From: Klebsormidium nitens
Taxonomy: Eukaryota > Plantae > Klebsormidiophyceae
DNA length: 46,212 bases
Assembly (NCBI GenBank): GCA_000708835.1
Contig: DF237612.1
Coordinates: 1 to 46,212 of the forward strand
Direction: 5' to 3'
The notes below the pieces were generated by a model. That model did not search any database. It was not told where the DNA came from and was given only the letters and a program-made list of their open reading frames with translations. The position numbers were made by a program, and so were the translations under genes. This document shows, in pieces, positions 11,101-22,072 of the stretch. The stretch's first letter is position 1; each line of letters begins with the position of its first letter.

Positions 11101-14100
11101 ACCGTACGACTGCAAAACCATGGGTAATGCAAACAACCTCTGGGACTACAAACAATCTCTACGACTGCAAACAAAGACTACGACTGCAAACAAACTTTCA
11201 GGACTGCAAAGAAGCTTTAGAACCGCAAGCGAAATTTGAACCGCAAGCAAAAACCGAGTCCGCAAACAAAGCCAAGTCCCTCACCCGCCCCCAGGGGCGG
11301 TCCTCCCACCGCCGCCGCCTGCGCTTCTTTCGCTGCCTTCAGGTCCTCCGGCAGGGTCCACGTGGACAATTTCGTGATCTTGTTGAAGTAATACGTGCGC
11401 CCGTCGGGGTTGGTGTGCTCCTTCCAGATGTTGAACGGGTTCTTGAGCTCCTCGGGCGTCATCATTTCGAACGGCTTCTCCCACACGGACTGCTTCGTCA
11501 CCTTGTTGAAGTAGTAGGTGCGCCCGTTGGGCGACTTATGCTCGGTCCAGAGGGCCGCGCCGGCGGGGGCCATGCCGGCAGGAGGGGCGCCGGAGGGCTA
11601 CAGGAGTGCACAAACGACGTAAGCATAGCTTGCATAGTCCCGTGATTGATTCATGGAGCTGGACGAGGGCGCGGGGGAGGGCTGTAGTAGTGCATATTGA
11701 AGTGAGGATTCAGTGGACAATCCGATCCAATCAAGTTTATGACTGGTGGAGTCCAAGAGATTTGGCAAAGGTCTAGGCAGATATGCTCAATGAGCAGCAG
11801 CGGGAGAAACGTTCGAAGTGGCGGTATTGTCAGGAATGACATCGAAACCACCGACCGGGGTCGAACAGGTGCGCCAGACAAGGGCTCGAGTAAAGAAGCA
11901 CAATCAAACTTCTCAGCCAGGTGCAATCATGGTTCATAAAGTGCGCTTCTTTGGAAGGACGTTTCTGCGGAGGCCAGCATAACGGCCCAAAGGTGTTCTT
12001 TGTAAGGCAACATCCGGCAAGCCAACCTACGCAAGGTCTCCTAAATGAGGTTCCAGAAAGTATGGCTTTGCCAAAATGTACGAATAACAAGATGCTCGTA
12101 CACAACAACTCCGGCAGGGAACTCACCGGCGCACCGGCTGTTGGCGAGAACGACCCGGGAGGGGCCCCTGGGGAGCCCCCGAGGAAAGGCGGCCTCGCTC
12201 CCTGAGGGAAGCCCGGTTGGCCGCCCGGGGGAGCGCCGCCTGGGGGTCCAAAACCCGGTCGAGGAGGGAACTGCCAGGATATGAATCGGAGATTAAGTCA
12301 TTGGGAAATCTGTGTCAGTCCCAAGTCCCCGAAGGCAGTTGACATCAGTCGGACCCTTCTCTTAGAACATGCGGCATCTCAATATATTTACCGGATCAGA
12401 CGTAATTGTTGTTGAAAGATCCCAGATCATATCAAGATCCGCTAGGTTTCAGCAATTGCATTTCTTCGGGAGTTGCTAGAGGAGTCAACTCTGCTGCTAA
12501 GGGAGTCATATCGCAACCAAATTTTGCTGCGACGGTTCGTACATAAAAAGCACCTGAAAGGTCCCTGGCGGGGGAGTCCCTCCAGGCCTGGGAAGAGGGG
12601 CAAGAGAGGGGGGCGCTGCAAACCCCGATGGCCCAGGGGGCGCCTGGCAGGAAAAAGCCCGAAACAGATACGCTTTTGAACAGGCACGGTTTTGTACCTT
12701 TGTCAAATTCCACAGACTGGACAAAACGACCCACTTATGAAACCCTCTTTTTATCACACAATCTTGCGGGAGGGTTCGATTTTCAGAGCCACCGGAACCC
12801 CGTCGTTGTCAAAGATGGGCCTGTGCACAACACTGCTCTGTTTGTCAATCCTGGCGCACAAACTCTCAGTAGTATGTCATGTGGACACCGACGACTCATC
12901 CATCGTTGGGACAGCACGGAAGGACTCAGGAAAAGGGGCGACAAGTCGGGTATGACGAAAAGCCCAACAAAATAACGAAACTTTCAAGAACGGTTCCGAA
13001 ACTCACCCCAGTTGGCGGAGGTCCAAGTTGTCCCGGTGCTCCATACCCTCCTGGCGCAACAGGAGGCCGAGCTCCTGGGGGATACTGGGCCTGCCCGGGG
13101 GGGCCGGTTTGGCCTGGCGGCCTGGCTGGAGGGGCCCCCGGATACGACGCACCGCCGGGATACCCGCCACCACCAGGAGCTGCGGAAGAGGGCGAAGAAT
13201 TCCGGATCAAGCTGTGGCGACATAACTTGCTTGAAAAAGGGCAGCGACTCCTTACTTCAAACAGGAGAGACGGCGCACCGGTGCTTTGATGCTTCCAACC
13301 GGGTAATCTGGTTGAACCCTCTTCACAGGGAATTCGGGTTCGGTCATATGCAGGGTCAAGAAGTTGCAGCACGACTTTGCGATGCAATAGGTTTGTAACT
13401 CCTGAGGTTTGACAGCATGCTGCATTCTCAGCGATGAAGCGTCCCACTGGATACTTTGTTCGAAATATACTGAACCTTGTGATGTAAGGGCCCTGCCAAG
13501 ATGCCACTGAGAAGCTAGTGCTAGCACTGGTAAACATTGAGAAACTGCAACCTCCGTCCTGTGACCTTGGACTTTATAGGCGAGCAAAGCAAGGCGCTTT
13601 GAATTTTCCGGATGCAGAACAAGGGAGACATACCGCCGCTGAAGCCCGTCGGCGGTGCTCCGAGTGGCCGCTGGAACTGACCCTGCAAAGGTGCAATGGA
13701 TGTTTGATGCCTTGGAGAAATGAATCACAATGTCAATGTCGGATGGTTCGTCTGGGCAGTCTTCAAAGGCTAAGGGACGTCGACGGCTGCTCAACCGCGA
13801 CGGCTGCTCGACCTCTTGCTCAAAGGCGAGCAGCAACGTACTGCTCCTCCCCAGTGTGGCCCAGTTCCACCAAGAAGCTTTTGCTGCTCAAGGAATCCCA
13901 ATCACTCAAACCATGTAAGGAGATGGTGCGGAAGCCCGCGGTATATAGAGCAATTGGAGATGAGCGCACAAACTTGACAAACTCAAGGAGGAACCTTACG
14001 TTGCTTGCGAGAAGCCTGGCTGCGAGACCTATCTTTCGTTTAAGGACTTGGATCAAGCTGGCGCCAAAACCCCAATACTCCTACCGTGCCTAAATCCAAT

Positions 14101-14860
14101 CGTCCATTGCATCTCCTGCAAAACGGGCATGTTCAGAAAAAGTGCACTGATGGTCCTACCTGGGGAGGCCCTCCTGCCGGCCCCGGTGCTCCCGGAGGAC
14201 TCAGCGGGCCGCCGCCCGCTGGTGGAGGCTGACCTCCCGCGGCTGCAAAATAATTAAGAGTAAGCGTTGAAAACAAGAGTTCCTCGGATGTCAATCTGGA
14301 GGGTTGAAACTCGGTAGCACTAAGGTGCAGAACCACTAAGTTGGCAGATACCCCCAGTTTGCAACGCATCAAAACACATGGTCCTGCATTTGGAACGTCA
14401 GGGAATATGCGGAAAGAATGGGTGGTGCAAGGCAGACGCATGCCGACAACTTTTGTGCAGAGGACAAACCGATCATTACGGATCTTTGATCAGAGCGAGA
14501 CGTTTTGGACCAAACAATTTCGTTTTTGGGAAGGCTCAATTGTGCGACAGGGAGCGCCACTTAAATGCACCATTACCTGCACATGGAAAGTCTATTTGCT
14601 AACTCAATACGATGCGGTTTTCACAGACTGTTGAAACAAGCAGACAAGTCTGCTCGCATAGAGTGGCATATACATTCTACCCAAACATTCCAGCAGAATC
14701 GTAACACCAGCCTCCATGAGTTTATCATAAAGACTATACCATCTGTCGTAGAGGACTAGCATACTACCCTCAGGACTGATCACCACATGCGGAGCAAATG
14801 TACCAAAAACTTACCTGTCATCCAAGCGGGCAGAGTCATGCCCCGCCCTCGTCCCGCCAT
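2134..14860 (-). CDS. PRP40: PRP40-like pre-mRNA processing protein (U1 snRNP-associated; Pro/Gly-rich N-terminus, 2 WW domains, FF repeats, charged C-terminal tail), about 975 aa, 21 exons
   Basis: Hand-assembled GT-AG exons in transcript order: 14860-14815, 14242-14160, 13682-13634, 13179-13007, 12643-12554, 12270-12127, 11597-11285, 10937-10738, 10263-10159, 9729-9583, 8664-8543, 7840-7654, 7269-7177, 6825-6655, 6070-5972, 5410-5264, 4885-4778, 4246-4182, 3801-3678, 3162-2848, 2280-2134. Total 2928 nt, phases consistent, no internal stop. WW motifs [26 protein letters not shown] and [26 protein letters not shown]; FF motifs ([53 protein letters not shown]); ends [13 protein letters not shown], like plant PRP40A/B. 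Confidence 0.93.
7820..8030 (-). repeat. Three tandem units (about 87-97 bp) of acceptor plus PRP40 exon 12 start
   Basis: ccgcag|CAAAGCGGTGGTGATGTT (7840), ccgcag|CAAGGCGGTTGTGATGTT (7937), gtcag|CAAGACCATGGTG (8024); the intervening CGCTCAG.CT.GTTC segment is shared. Confidence 0.85.
8543..9014 (-). repeat. PRP40 exon 11 plus three upstream tandem copies of its acceptor and exon start
   Basis: cgcag|TA(C/T)CAGAC.CAGAAG at 8664 (true exon), 8765 and 8894, with a degenerate copy at 9014. Confidence 0.9.
11100..11275. repeat. Degenerate 18-20 bp minisatellite in PRP40 intron 7
   Basis: About 7 units of (A/G)CGACTGCAAACAAA / AACCGCAAGC.AAA. Confidence 0.75.
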
Positions 14861-15388
14861 CCTTCAGCGCCTCTCGCTCAAACAGCTGCTAATGCCTGCG
14901 ACGCAAGGTGCCCTCAATCTTACCACTTCCTAGCACGCTTTCTGTGTCTCTAGACCACTGTGACCGCTACTTTTCTCTTTTACACAAGAGCCGCCACTTC
15001 CTTGCATCTCTCCTATGCACTGACTGGCAGCGGCCAGCCTACAGGACTGAATTCCCCTTCAAATACAAGCTTAGACTGGAATGTGGACTGTAGGTAGCTT
15101 CATTCTTGACCTAGGTCTAACCCGGTTGAGAGCTAGTGTTGGTTAACGGCAACTAACAACCAACTCTGGGAGCCAGTTGATATTATGTAACGAGATGCTA
15201 ACACCAATTGATTAGTAAGGTCTTGAACTCGTAACCTTCAAATGGTTTGCGACCTTGTTAGCCTGGTAATGGCATGCTTCAGAAGCTTCTGCTGCTGGAG
15301 AGTGAACTCTGAAATTGAATTTAACAGAGGTGCAAAAAGGTCATAGAACGGAGTTGTAAAAGTGTTCACATGCATCTTTTACGCGTAA

Positions 15389-16166
15389 GGTAAGGTCCTT
15401 TTGTAGTGNNNNNNNNNNNNNNNNNNNNNNNNNNNNNNNNNNNNNNNNNNNNNNNNNNNNNNNNNNNNNNNNNNNNNNNNNNNNNNNNNNNNNNNNNNNN
15501 NNNNNNNNNNNNNNNNNNNNNNNNNNNNNNNNNNNNNNNNNNNNNNNNNNNNNNNNNNNNNNNNNNNNNNNNNNNNNNNNNNNNNNNNNNNNNNNNNNNN
15601 NNNNNNNNNNNNNNNNNNNNNNNNNNNNNNNNNNNNNNNNNNNNNNNNNNNNNNNNNNNNNNNNNNNNNNNNNNNNNNNNNNNNNNNNNNNNNNNNNNNN
15701 NNNNNNNNNNNNNNNNNNNNNNNNNNNNNNNNNNNNNNNNNNNNNNNNNNNNNNNNNNNNNNNNNNNNNNNNNNNNNNNNNNNNNNNNNNNNNNNNNNNN
15801 NNNNNNNNNNNNNNNNNNNNNNNNNNNNNNNNNNNNNNNNNNNNNNNNNNNNNNNNNNNNNNNNNNNNNNNNNNNNNNNNNNNNNNNNNNNCCGAACGGC
15901 AACCCCCCCCCCCCTCTCGCAGTCTTCTACCCAGTGATAAGCGGAGCCCCCCCCCCCTCCGGCTGTATGAATATGTGTATTTTGCGCTTATTTTGCCCCT
16001 AAAAACGGCATTTTTATACCGATATTGCGAGATATTCCGAGCCTGCGGCTCGACCATGGCAGAAACCCCGAGCCCCCCCCCCCTCCCGCTGCCCTTAAGA
16101 TTCCAAACCCCCAACCGCCATTCTCTGGACTGCACATAGGGGGTCAGCTTCAAAATGACCTTACCC
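15389..16166. mobile_element. Probable non-autonomous Harbinger-type element spanning the assembly gap
   Basis: Left end GGTAAGGTCCTTTTGTAG vs reverse complement of the right end GGGTAAGGTCATTTTGAAG. TAA flanks both sides (15386-15388, 16167-16169). The interior has poly-C runs and the N gap, so true length is unknown. Confidence 0.55.
15409..15891. other. Assembly gap (483 N)
   Basis: Run of N bases. Confidence 0.99.
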
Positions 16167-16886
16167 TAAGGTGCGTCATCATCTTGGGCCAATTTGCCAC
16201 CCGGGCAATCTGCTCTCCTCGGTGACGATCTACAGCTTTCTGGTTAAGAGTTGGGTAGCCGCAAGACAACCAGGTAGGTTTTAAGGGTCAGCTTGATCAC
16301 GGGTTAAAGCTTCCGAGCTTGATATGGTATACTGGACCTCGGTCTGGGGGCCTCAGTGCTGTTGCTGTTCAGAACCCGGTTTGGAAGTTGACCTGAGAAG
16401 GGCTACTGTTCGGTCATGTAGGAAGGCTGGCTGCTAGTTAGTTACTGCCCGGTAGATTCGACCAGTAAGCATCTAGGGTCGCTCGGTGCTTTTGTCCGAT
16501 TTTGGATGACGTGCTACCGCACGCGCAACGACGGAATCGTCGGCAATCTGGCGGCCGACAGTGCCGGCCTGGGTAACACGCGGCTGGTAACACTTTTACA
16601 ACTCCGTTCTTTGTACTACTTGCAATAGAGGTTGCCCTCATGGTGAGCAAAAGCCATTTGCAAAAGCCACTGTTCTGGGAGGTGGACGCCATCCAAGCAA
16701 CAGGTTTAGGGGCCAGCACTTGACAAAGCACTTCGGCATTCCTTTCTAAGGAGGAAAAGAGGGGCCTGCAGAAGCGATTACACTTTGGCAAGTGGGACTC
16801 CTTAACACTGAAGACAACTGCATTGACGTTGCAGCATTGCATTGATAACCATATTTTGAGAGCGGTACGTCTTTCACCTTCCCAAG

Positions 16887-19800
16887 ATGGCGGGCGTGCT
16901 GGCGGCGAAGTTGAATGCCAGTGGCTGGGCGAAATGCAGTCCCAGCAGAGAACTAGAAAGGGGCACATTTGGGCAGGCACGCAGCAATTCAGGGAGTCTG
17001 GCAGCGGTACAATGCAACATGAGTGGAGCTCAAAAGCGTTGCTGCCAAGCACTTTCTTTCCAGCGAAAACGCTTTGAAGCTTGTCGCCATGGCATTTTAC
17101 CAATGGGTTGGAGACGAGAAAAGGGTGTGGGAGCCCAAAGTGGAAGCAAGCAGAAGCGCGCTGTCATTGTGTGTGTGCAAGCGGAAGAGACTGAGGGAAC
17201 AAGCAGAGACCTTGCAGGTGATGTTCCAATGACGAAGGTCAAGCGACCAACGGCTGTCTGGGTTTTTTGAGTTTGTGAATGGAAGGAATTGATATGTATG
17301 ACAAAGACGGGGTTCCCTGAAGTGGCTGGCTGTCAAGCACTTCAATCACTTTGCCAGTCTGAGGAAGTGTGAACAATTAGACCTTACGATTCAATTAAGC
17401 GGCGCGTTTTACATTGCAGCGTGCAAAAGTAAGTGGTACAATTGTGCAAGAAGAAAGGTTTATATCCCTCAATGCAGCTTTGAATAGGCGCCCTCTCATT
17501 AGTGCCCTGCCACCATGTAAACATCAAATGTGCTGCAAACTATGCCTCTCTGAAATTCCTGGTTAGTGCTTTGCAAGGACAATCTGATGAGTATTCTACA
17601 CGCCGTATGAAAAGCCTTGCTGTCAGTTTGTCACAATTCATTTCCTTACCAAACACACATCTCTTGTCCAAAAGAAACACCTGTGTGCATCCTGTGGAAA
17701 GCAAGGCCTCTCCGAGTGTACTGCCTGAGAAGCGGGGGCTCACATAGACAACAGCGCATAAGCTGTTGTATCCAGGCAATACAGAAGACAAGAAGAAGCC
17801 TAATGTTCACAATGCCTTAATATGATATATATATCATATATTGAGCGGTTGCCTGCTTGGGCCGGGGCAAAAGCAGGCCCTGCTGCCTGCAACATGTTCC
17901 TGGCACACTGTGATTTAAGTTTTGAACACAGGTACTCTCTCATGTACATCTTCCAGATAATGTTCATAAACAGTAATCAAGTCCTCACTGAGACACTCAA
18001 GTGTAGAAACGTGTGTTTTTAGATTCAAACAAAATGCACCTTGCCTGCAGAGGATTTTGGAGAGGTCGAAAAGATCCTGGCGAGCCGCGTGTTTGACGGC
18101 CAGACACAATTCTTGATCACGTGGAAGGACGGTCACGAGGACACGTGGGAGCCCCCGGAGAATCTCGCAGAGGACGTCAAAGCCGCGTACACGGAACCAT
18201 GGTGGAAAGCTGCACGGAAGGGAGACGTCAAGGCACTTACAGAGTTTCTGCAGGTAGGGAGAAAGGGGAAGGTTTGTTTGAAGGAAGGAGTGGAAGTGGA
18301 AGAAAACAAAGGTCGGACAAAGAGGAATTATCTGGGGGAGAGAGGCAGGGGGTCTCAACGCTGGTGGACATGAAGGAAGATGGCTACTGAGTTTTCAATG
18401 GATTCAAAGGGGATGGAATCGGGAGGAAGTAAGGAAGCATGAAGTGCGGAGAGGGGCAAGCGTCTTTTGAATATAAGAAGTTGCAAACGTGGTGTTCTTA
18501 TGTCTGGAGGAGCCCTGAAACCTGGCGTGAAGTGGTGCAAGAGACAAGAGAGTCTAGCTGAGAAGAGGTCCTGCTAAGAGTTTTTGTTAGTAAAGGATGC
18601 ATGAAGCAGACAGCAGACTCTTGGCAAATGGAAGAGCTGCCAAGGTCGTATCAGAAAAAGGGAATCGCGTTGGATTGATCGGTTCATCGGTTCTTATATC
18701 CCTCCACTTGGCAGACCTTGTGATGCCATCTTCAGACAGAACGCAGATGTGGAACACGAAGGGCACTAGAGTCTCAACGGCTGTGACACGCCTTGTGCAG
18801 GACGAGGGGCGCGACGTCAACGCGGTTGACGAAAACCGAAGGACGGCGCTGCACTTTGTTGCGGGGCTCGGGAACGAGGAGGCGCTCCAGCTGCTTATGG
18901 AGGCGGGGGCGGAGGTGGAGCCTTCAGACAAGGAGGGGTTTACGCCCTTGCACATTGCAGCAGGTGAGGACGAAAAATGAAGTACTCCTCAACTTAAAGA
19001 ACAATATGCCCAGCGACTGAATCAAAGCCCTCGACCTAACGGAACGGGTCCAACGGATCACGTTTTCCACATTTTGCACACCTTGAATCCCGCATAGAAT
19101 CCATCGTCTCAGCACTGTCTTCTTATTGGTCACTGAGCTTGTTGTTCATTGTGCCGATCAGAATAAGGTTTTGGGGTTTCATTCTGGCGCGGGGCGAGAA
19201 CTGGGGAAATTTTGAGTCAACTTAAGGACGGGAGCAAAGACAGGAGAAAGTTGGATAAATGAACGAAGATATGTACGAAAGACAAGTATTGCAAATTGAA
19301 AGCCTTTGGAAAGGATGGACTCAGGGGGCTGCATGTTGCAGCAGGTCAGCCTGAAGATTCGTAATCCTTTCAAGCAATTTCCTTGAGGTTCACAAACATT
19401 CCCTGACTGCGCAAAAAACGGCACAAAAGGTTTGTAAAAGATAAAAGGAACGAGTCCTGTATGACTGCAGACAGGGAGGGTTCACTTCCCTGTACAAAGT
19501 AGAGTCTTGGAGAGGGTGTGTGCAGACCGCGTCGTGGTCTCCTTATTTGGCTCGAGGAAAGTGACGACTGTGATCGAGTGTGAGCAGGTTCAAGTCACGA
19601 CCCTTTCAAGGGGAGTCCAGTAGCGTAGAAAAATTCCACTCACATCGTCTGACGCTCCTAAAGTTCCACACAACATGATTGTGCAACGGTAAGCCGAGGT
19701 TCCGAAAAGACCTCGCAATGTCAGAAACTTCCTGCACACGAACAGTCTGAAGCTGCTTCTTGAGTTCTTGCAAGATAGACGCGGTTGGAAAAATACTGGC

Positions 19801-22072
19801 GCAGAATCAAAAAACGATGGAGAGTCCACCTAACACCGCAGTACTGATCTGCATCAACGAACACCTGCGTGCTGAGCTTCGCGCCGAACTTCTTCACTGT
19901 TCGTCTTTTTGCAGGGTACATGCACATCAACATCGTGAAGCTGCTCCTCGAGTTCGGCGCGGACCCTGAGGCCGCGGACAAGAACGGCCGGACGGTGCTC
20001 GACCTGGTGACCGAGCTGCTCGAGCGGACGCCCAAGATGAACCCCATGATGTTCGAACGGCGTATCGCTCTCGACCAGGTATGAGGACAATCCTTCGCTT
20101 TGAGGAGAGGAGAGGCTTTATGCGGAGAGAACGGATGGCCTAGCATCGGTTTTGGCGGCATCCGGAATTTGCGTCTCGGTTTTTGAGGGAGAGAAGGAAT
20201 CTTGATCGCTGTCGTTGTTTAATGGTCATTTGTTGCAACCGACCGATATGAGCCCTTTCTCGAAGACCGCAGGAAAGGTTCGACGCCCTTTCGCCAGTAT
20301 CGAGGAGAGGGCTGAGCCCCCCCTCCCATTTTATGCAGCCTTCTTTTAAAGAAGGCTGTAAAACATTCCATCGTGGCCCTGGCTCTACGGTTTTGATGCT
20401 GTAAAGATTGCTCTATTCAATCGTTTTCGAAAGGCGTGACGTTTCTTGCTGACCAACAACTATCAGATCGTAAGAAAGCTGAAGTCCTCACCTTGCCCAT
20501 CACCTGTTTACCGGGGATTGAGGTCGATCGTCCACGTCCGTGACGAACCGTCCTCTTGTATGACTTATCAATCCTCCACCGTAGGTTGTGAATATGCTGG
20601 ACGACGCCGTGTACGAAGACGTGTCCGTGGAGCAATTTCTGGACAAGCGGACGTACCGCAAACGAACGATTTGTTCCTGCTCATCAACTTTTCACTGGGA
20701 GCAACCGTCGAGATGCCGATTTCACAAGCGTCCATCTGTTGACATCTTTCTTTCCGCAGATTGTGAACATGCTGGACGACGCCGTGTACGAAGACGTGTC
20801 CGTGGAGCAGATTCTGGACAAGCGGACGGTCGAGGGCGGCACAGCGGGGGCCATGACCGAGTACCTCGTGCGGTGGTCGGACGGCACGGAGGACACGTGG
20901 GAGCCCGCGACCAATATCGCGGACGACTTGATACAGGTATGTTGATTTCTTGCTTTCTGAAAACAGCGGAGTCCAGCCAACAAGTACGAGGACGCGTTCT
21001 CGTACCAGGGGGGCTAGTTCCTGCAGAAAGTCAAGCCCAGCCCTTCCCCCTCAAGCAGATACGAGGACGCTTTCTCGTACCAGGGGGGCCAATTCCTGCG
21101 AAAAGCGGACCCCCTGCCGTTGCTCGTCCATGAAATGTTCTTTTGTGTATGCTTAATTTAGTCAAGCTTTTTTGTCTAGCAATCCGTGCTTAGAAGTATC
21201 TTAGGTTTCCATATGTCCAGATGTTTCTTTGTTTCTTTCCTCCTCTTTCGCACAGCCGTGGCCGAAGCAAAAAGTGTGGCTCGCAGTAGATGGCTTCAGT
21301 CTTCATTTCGTGAATGATTCGTCGCCTCCATTCGTCTGTTACTTCGATCAATCAGTAGTTTGCGATCGGGCCCGACAACCTGGTACCGTGTTTTCGTTTG
21401 CCTCTTTCTTTCTTTTTTCGGTATCGTCGCTTCATTGTTGGCGGTACAGCTTGGGCGGTGCACCGCTGCAAAGCAGAGAGATTGTGCGTCCTCTCAGAAT
21501 TGTTGCGTCCTTTCACTTGTATGCATAGCCGTCCGTGGCTCTGTTGCAGCTAGAGTGAACGAGAAACTGGCGCTAGTTTTGAGCGCAAGCCTCAACGATG
21601 AAAAGTATGTGGACCGTTCGTCAGACTAAGATGAGGTCAGGAGATGAAATTGGCGGGCGTTGAAGCCATTGTCTGGAGTGAAGACAGCCCGCCTCTTACA
21701 GGACAGCTTGATTGCGGGATTGTAAGCGTGTCCTTCTTGTCTTTAATTGGACGTAGAGACAAAGGTTGCGGTTCGTCGCTCGGAAAAGTCCGCAGCCATA
21801 GAGGAACGCGATCATCTGTGTGCTTACAGGACTTTGAGGCTGGACTCGAATATGGCGTTGCGGAGCAGATCCTAGAGAAGCGACGGAGGAAGAAGCGGAC
21901 GGAGTACCTGGTGAAGTGGCAGGATTCGGAGGAGCCCTCCTGGGAGCCCGCACGGAACCTCGATCAGGAGCTGGTCAAGGCATTCGAAGCCACGCATCCA
22001 AAGGAGAACGAGAACGCGGAGTCTAATGTTGAAAGTTCGAACGGGGCAGCGCAGTCGGCCGTAGCTTCGTGA
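16887..22072 (+). CDS. cpSRP43: Chloroplast signal recognition particle 43 kDa subunit (transit peptide, chromodomain 1, ankyrin repeats, chromodomains 2 and 3), about 426 aa, 6 exons
   Basis: Exons 16887-17217, 18051-18253, 18801-18963, 19915-20078, 20760-20936, 21830-22072 (1281 nt, GT-AG, phase-consistent). CD1 EDFGEVEKILASR..FLITWKDGHEDTWEP; ankyrins DVNAVDENRRTALHF and DKEGFTPLHIAAGY; CD2 EYLVRWSDGTEDTWEP; CD3 EAGLEYGVAEQILEKR..EYLVKW. Exon 1 is Ser/Ala/Arg-rich like a plastid transit peptide; the start codon is the least certain part. Confidence 0.93.
20581..20828 (+). repeat. Duplication of the cpSRP43 exon 5 start inside intron 4
   Basis: 20585-20653 matches 20760-20828 at 65 of 69 nt and has its own upstream AG (ccaccgtag). 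Confidence 0.92.
20985..21090 (+). repeat. Direct repeat (about 28 nt, period about 76) in cpSRP43 intron 5
   Basis: ACGAGGACGC(G/T)TTCTCGTACCAGGGGG occurs twice. Confidence 0.8.

Noticed and set aside
11100-11275. Short regularly spaced repeats resembling a CRISPR array
   Set aside because: Units are degenerate and contiguous with no unique spacers, lie in a eukaryotic intron and have no cas genes nearby.
15205-15275. tRNA-like GAAGGTTACGAGTTCAAGACC on the minus strand
   Set aside because: No cloverleaf can be folded; at most a decayed SINE fragment.
15341-16153. Three long ORFs (178-270 aa) in the ORF track
   Set aside because: They are open only because they run through the N gap.
18051-22072. 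Chromodomains suggesting a chromovirus LTR retrotransposon
   Set aside because: They sit in a spliced CD1-ankyrin-CD2-CD3 gene (cpSRP43), with no gag, RT, integrase or LTRs.
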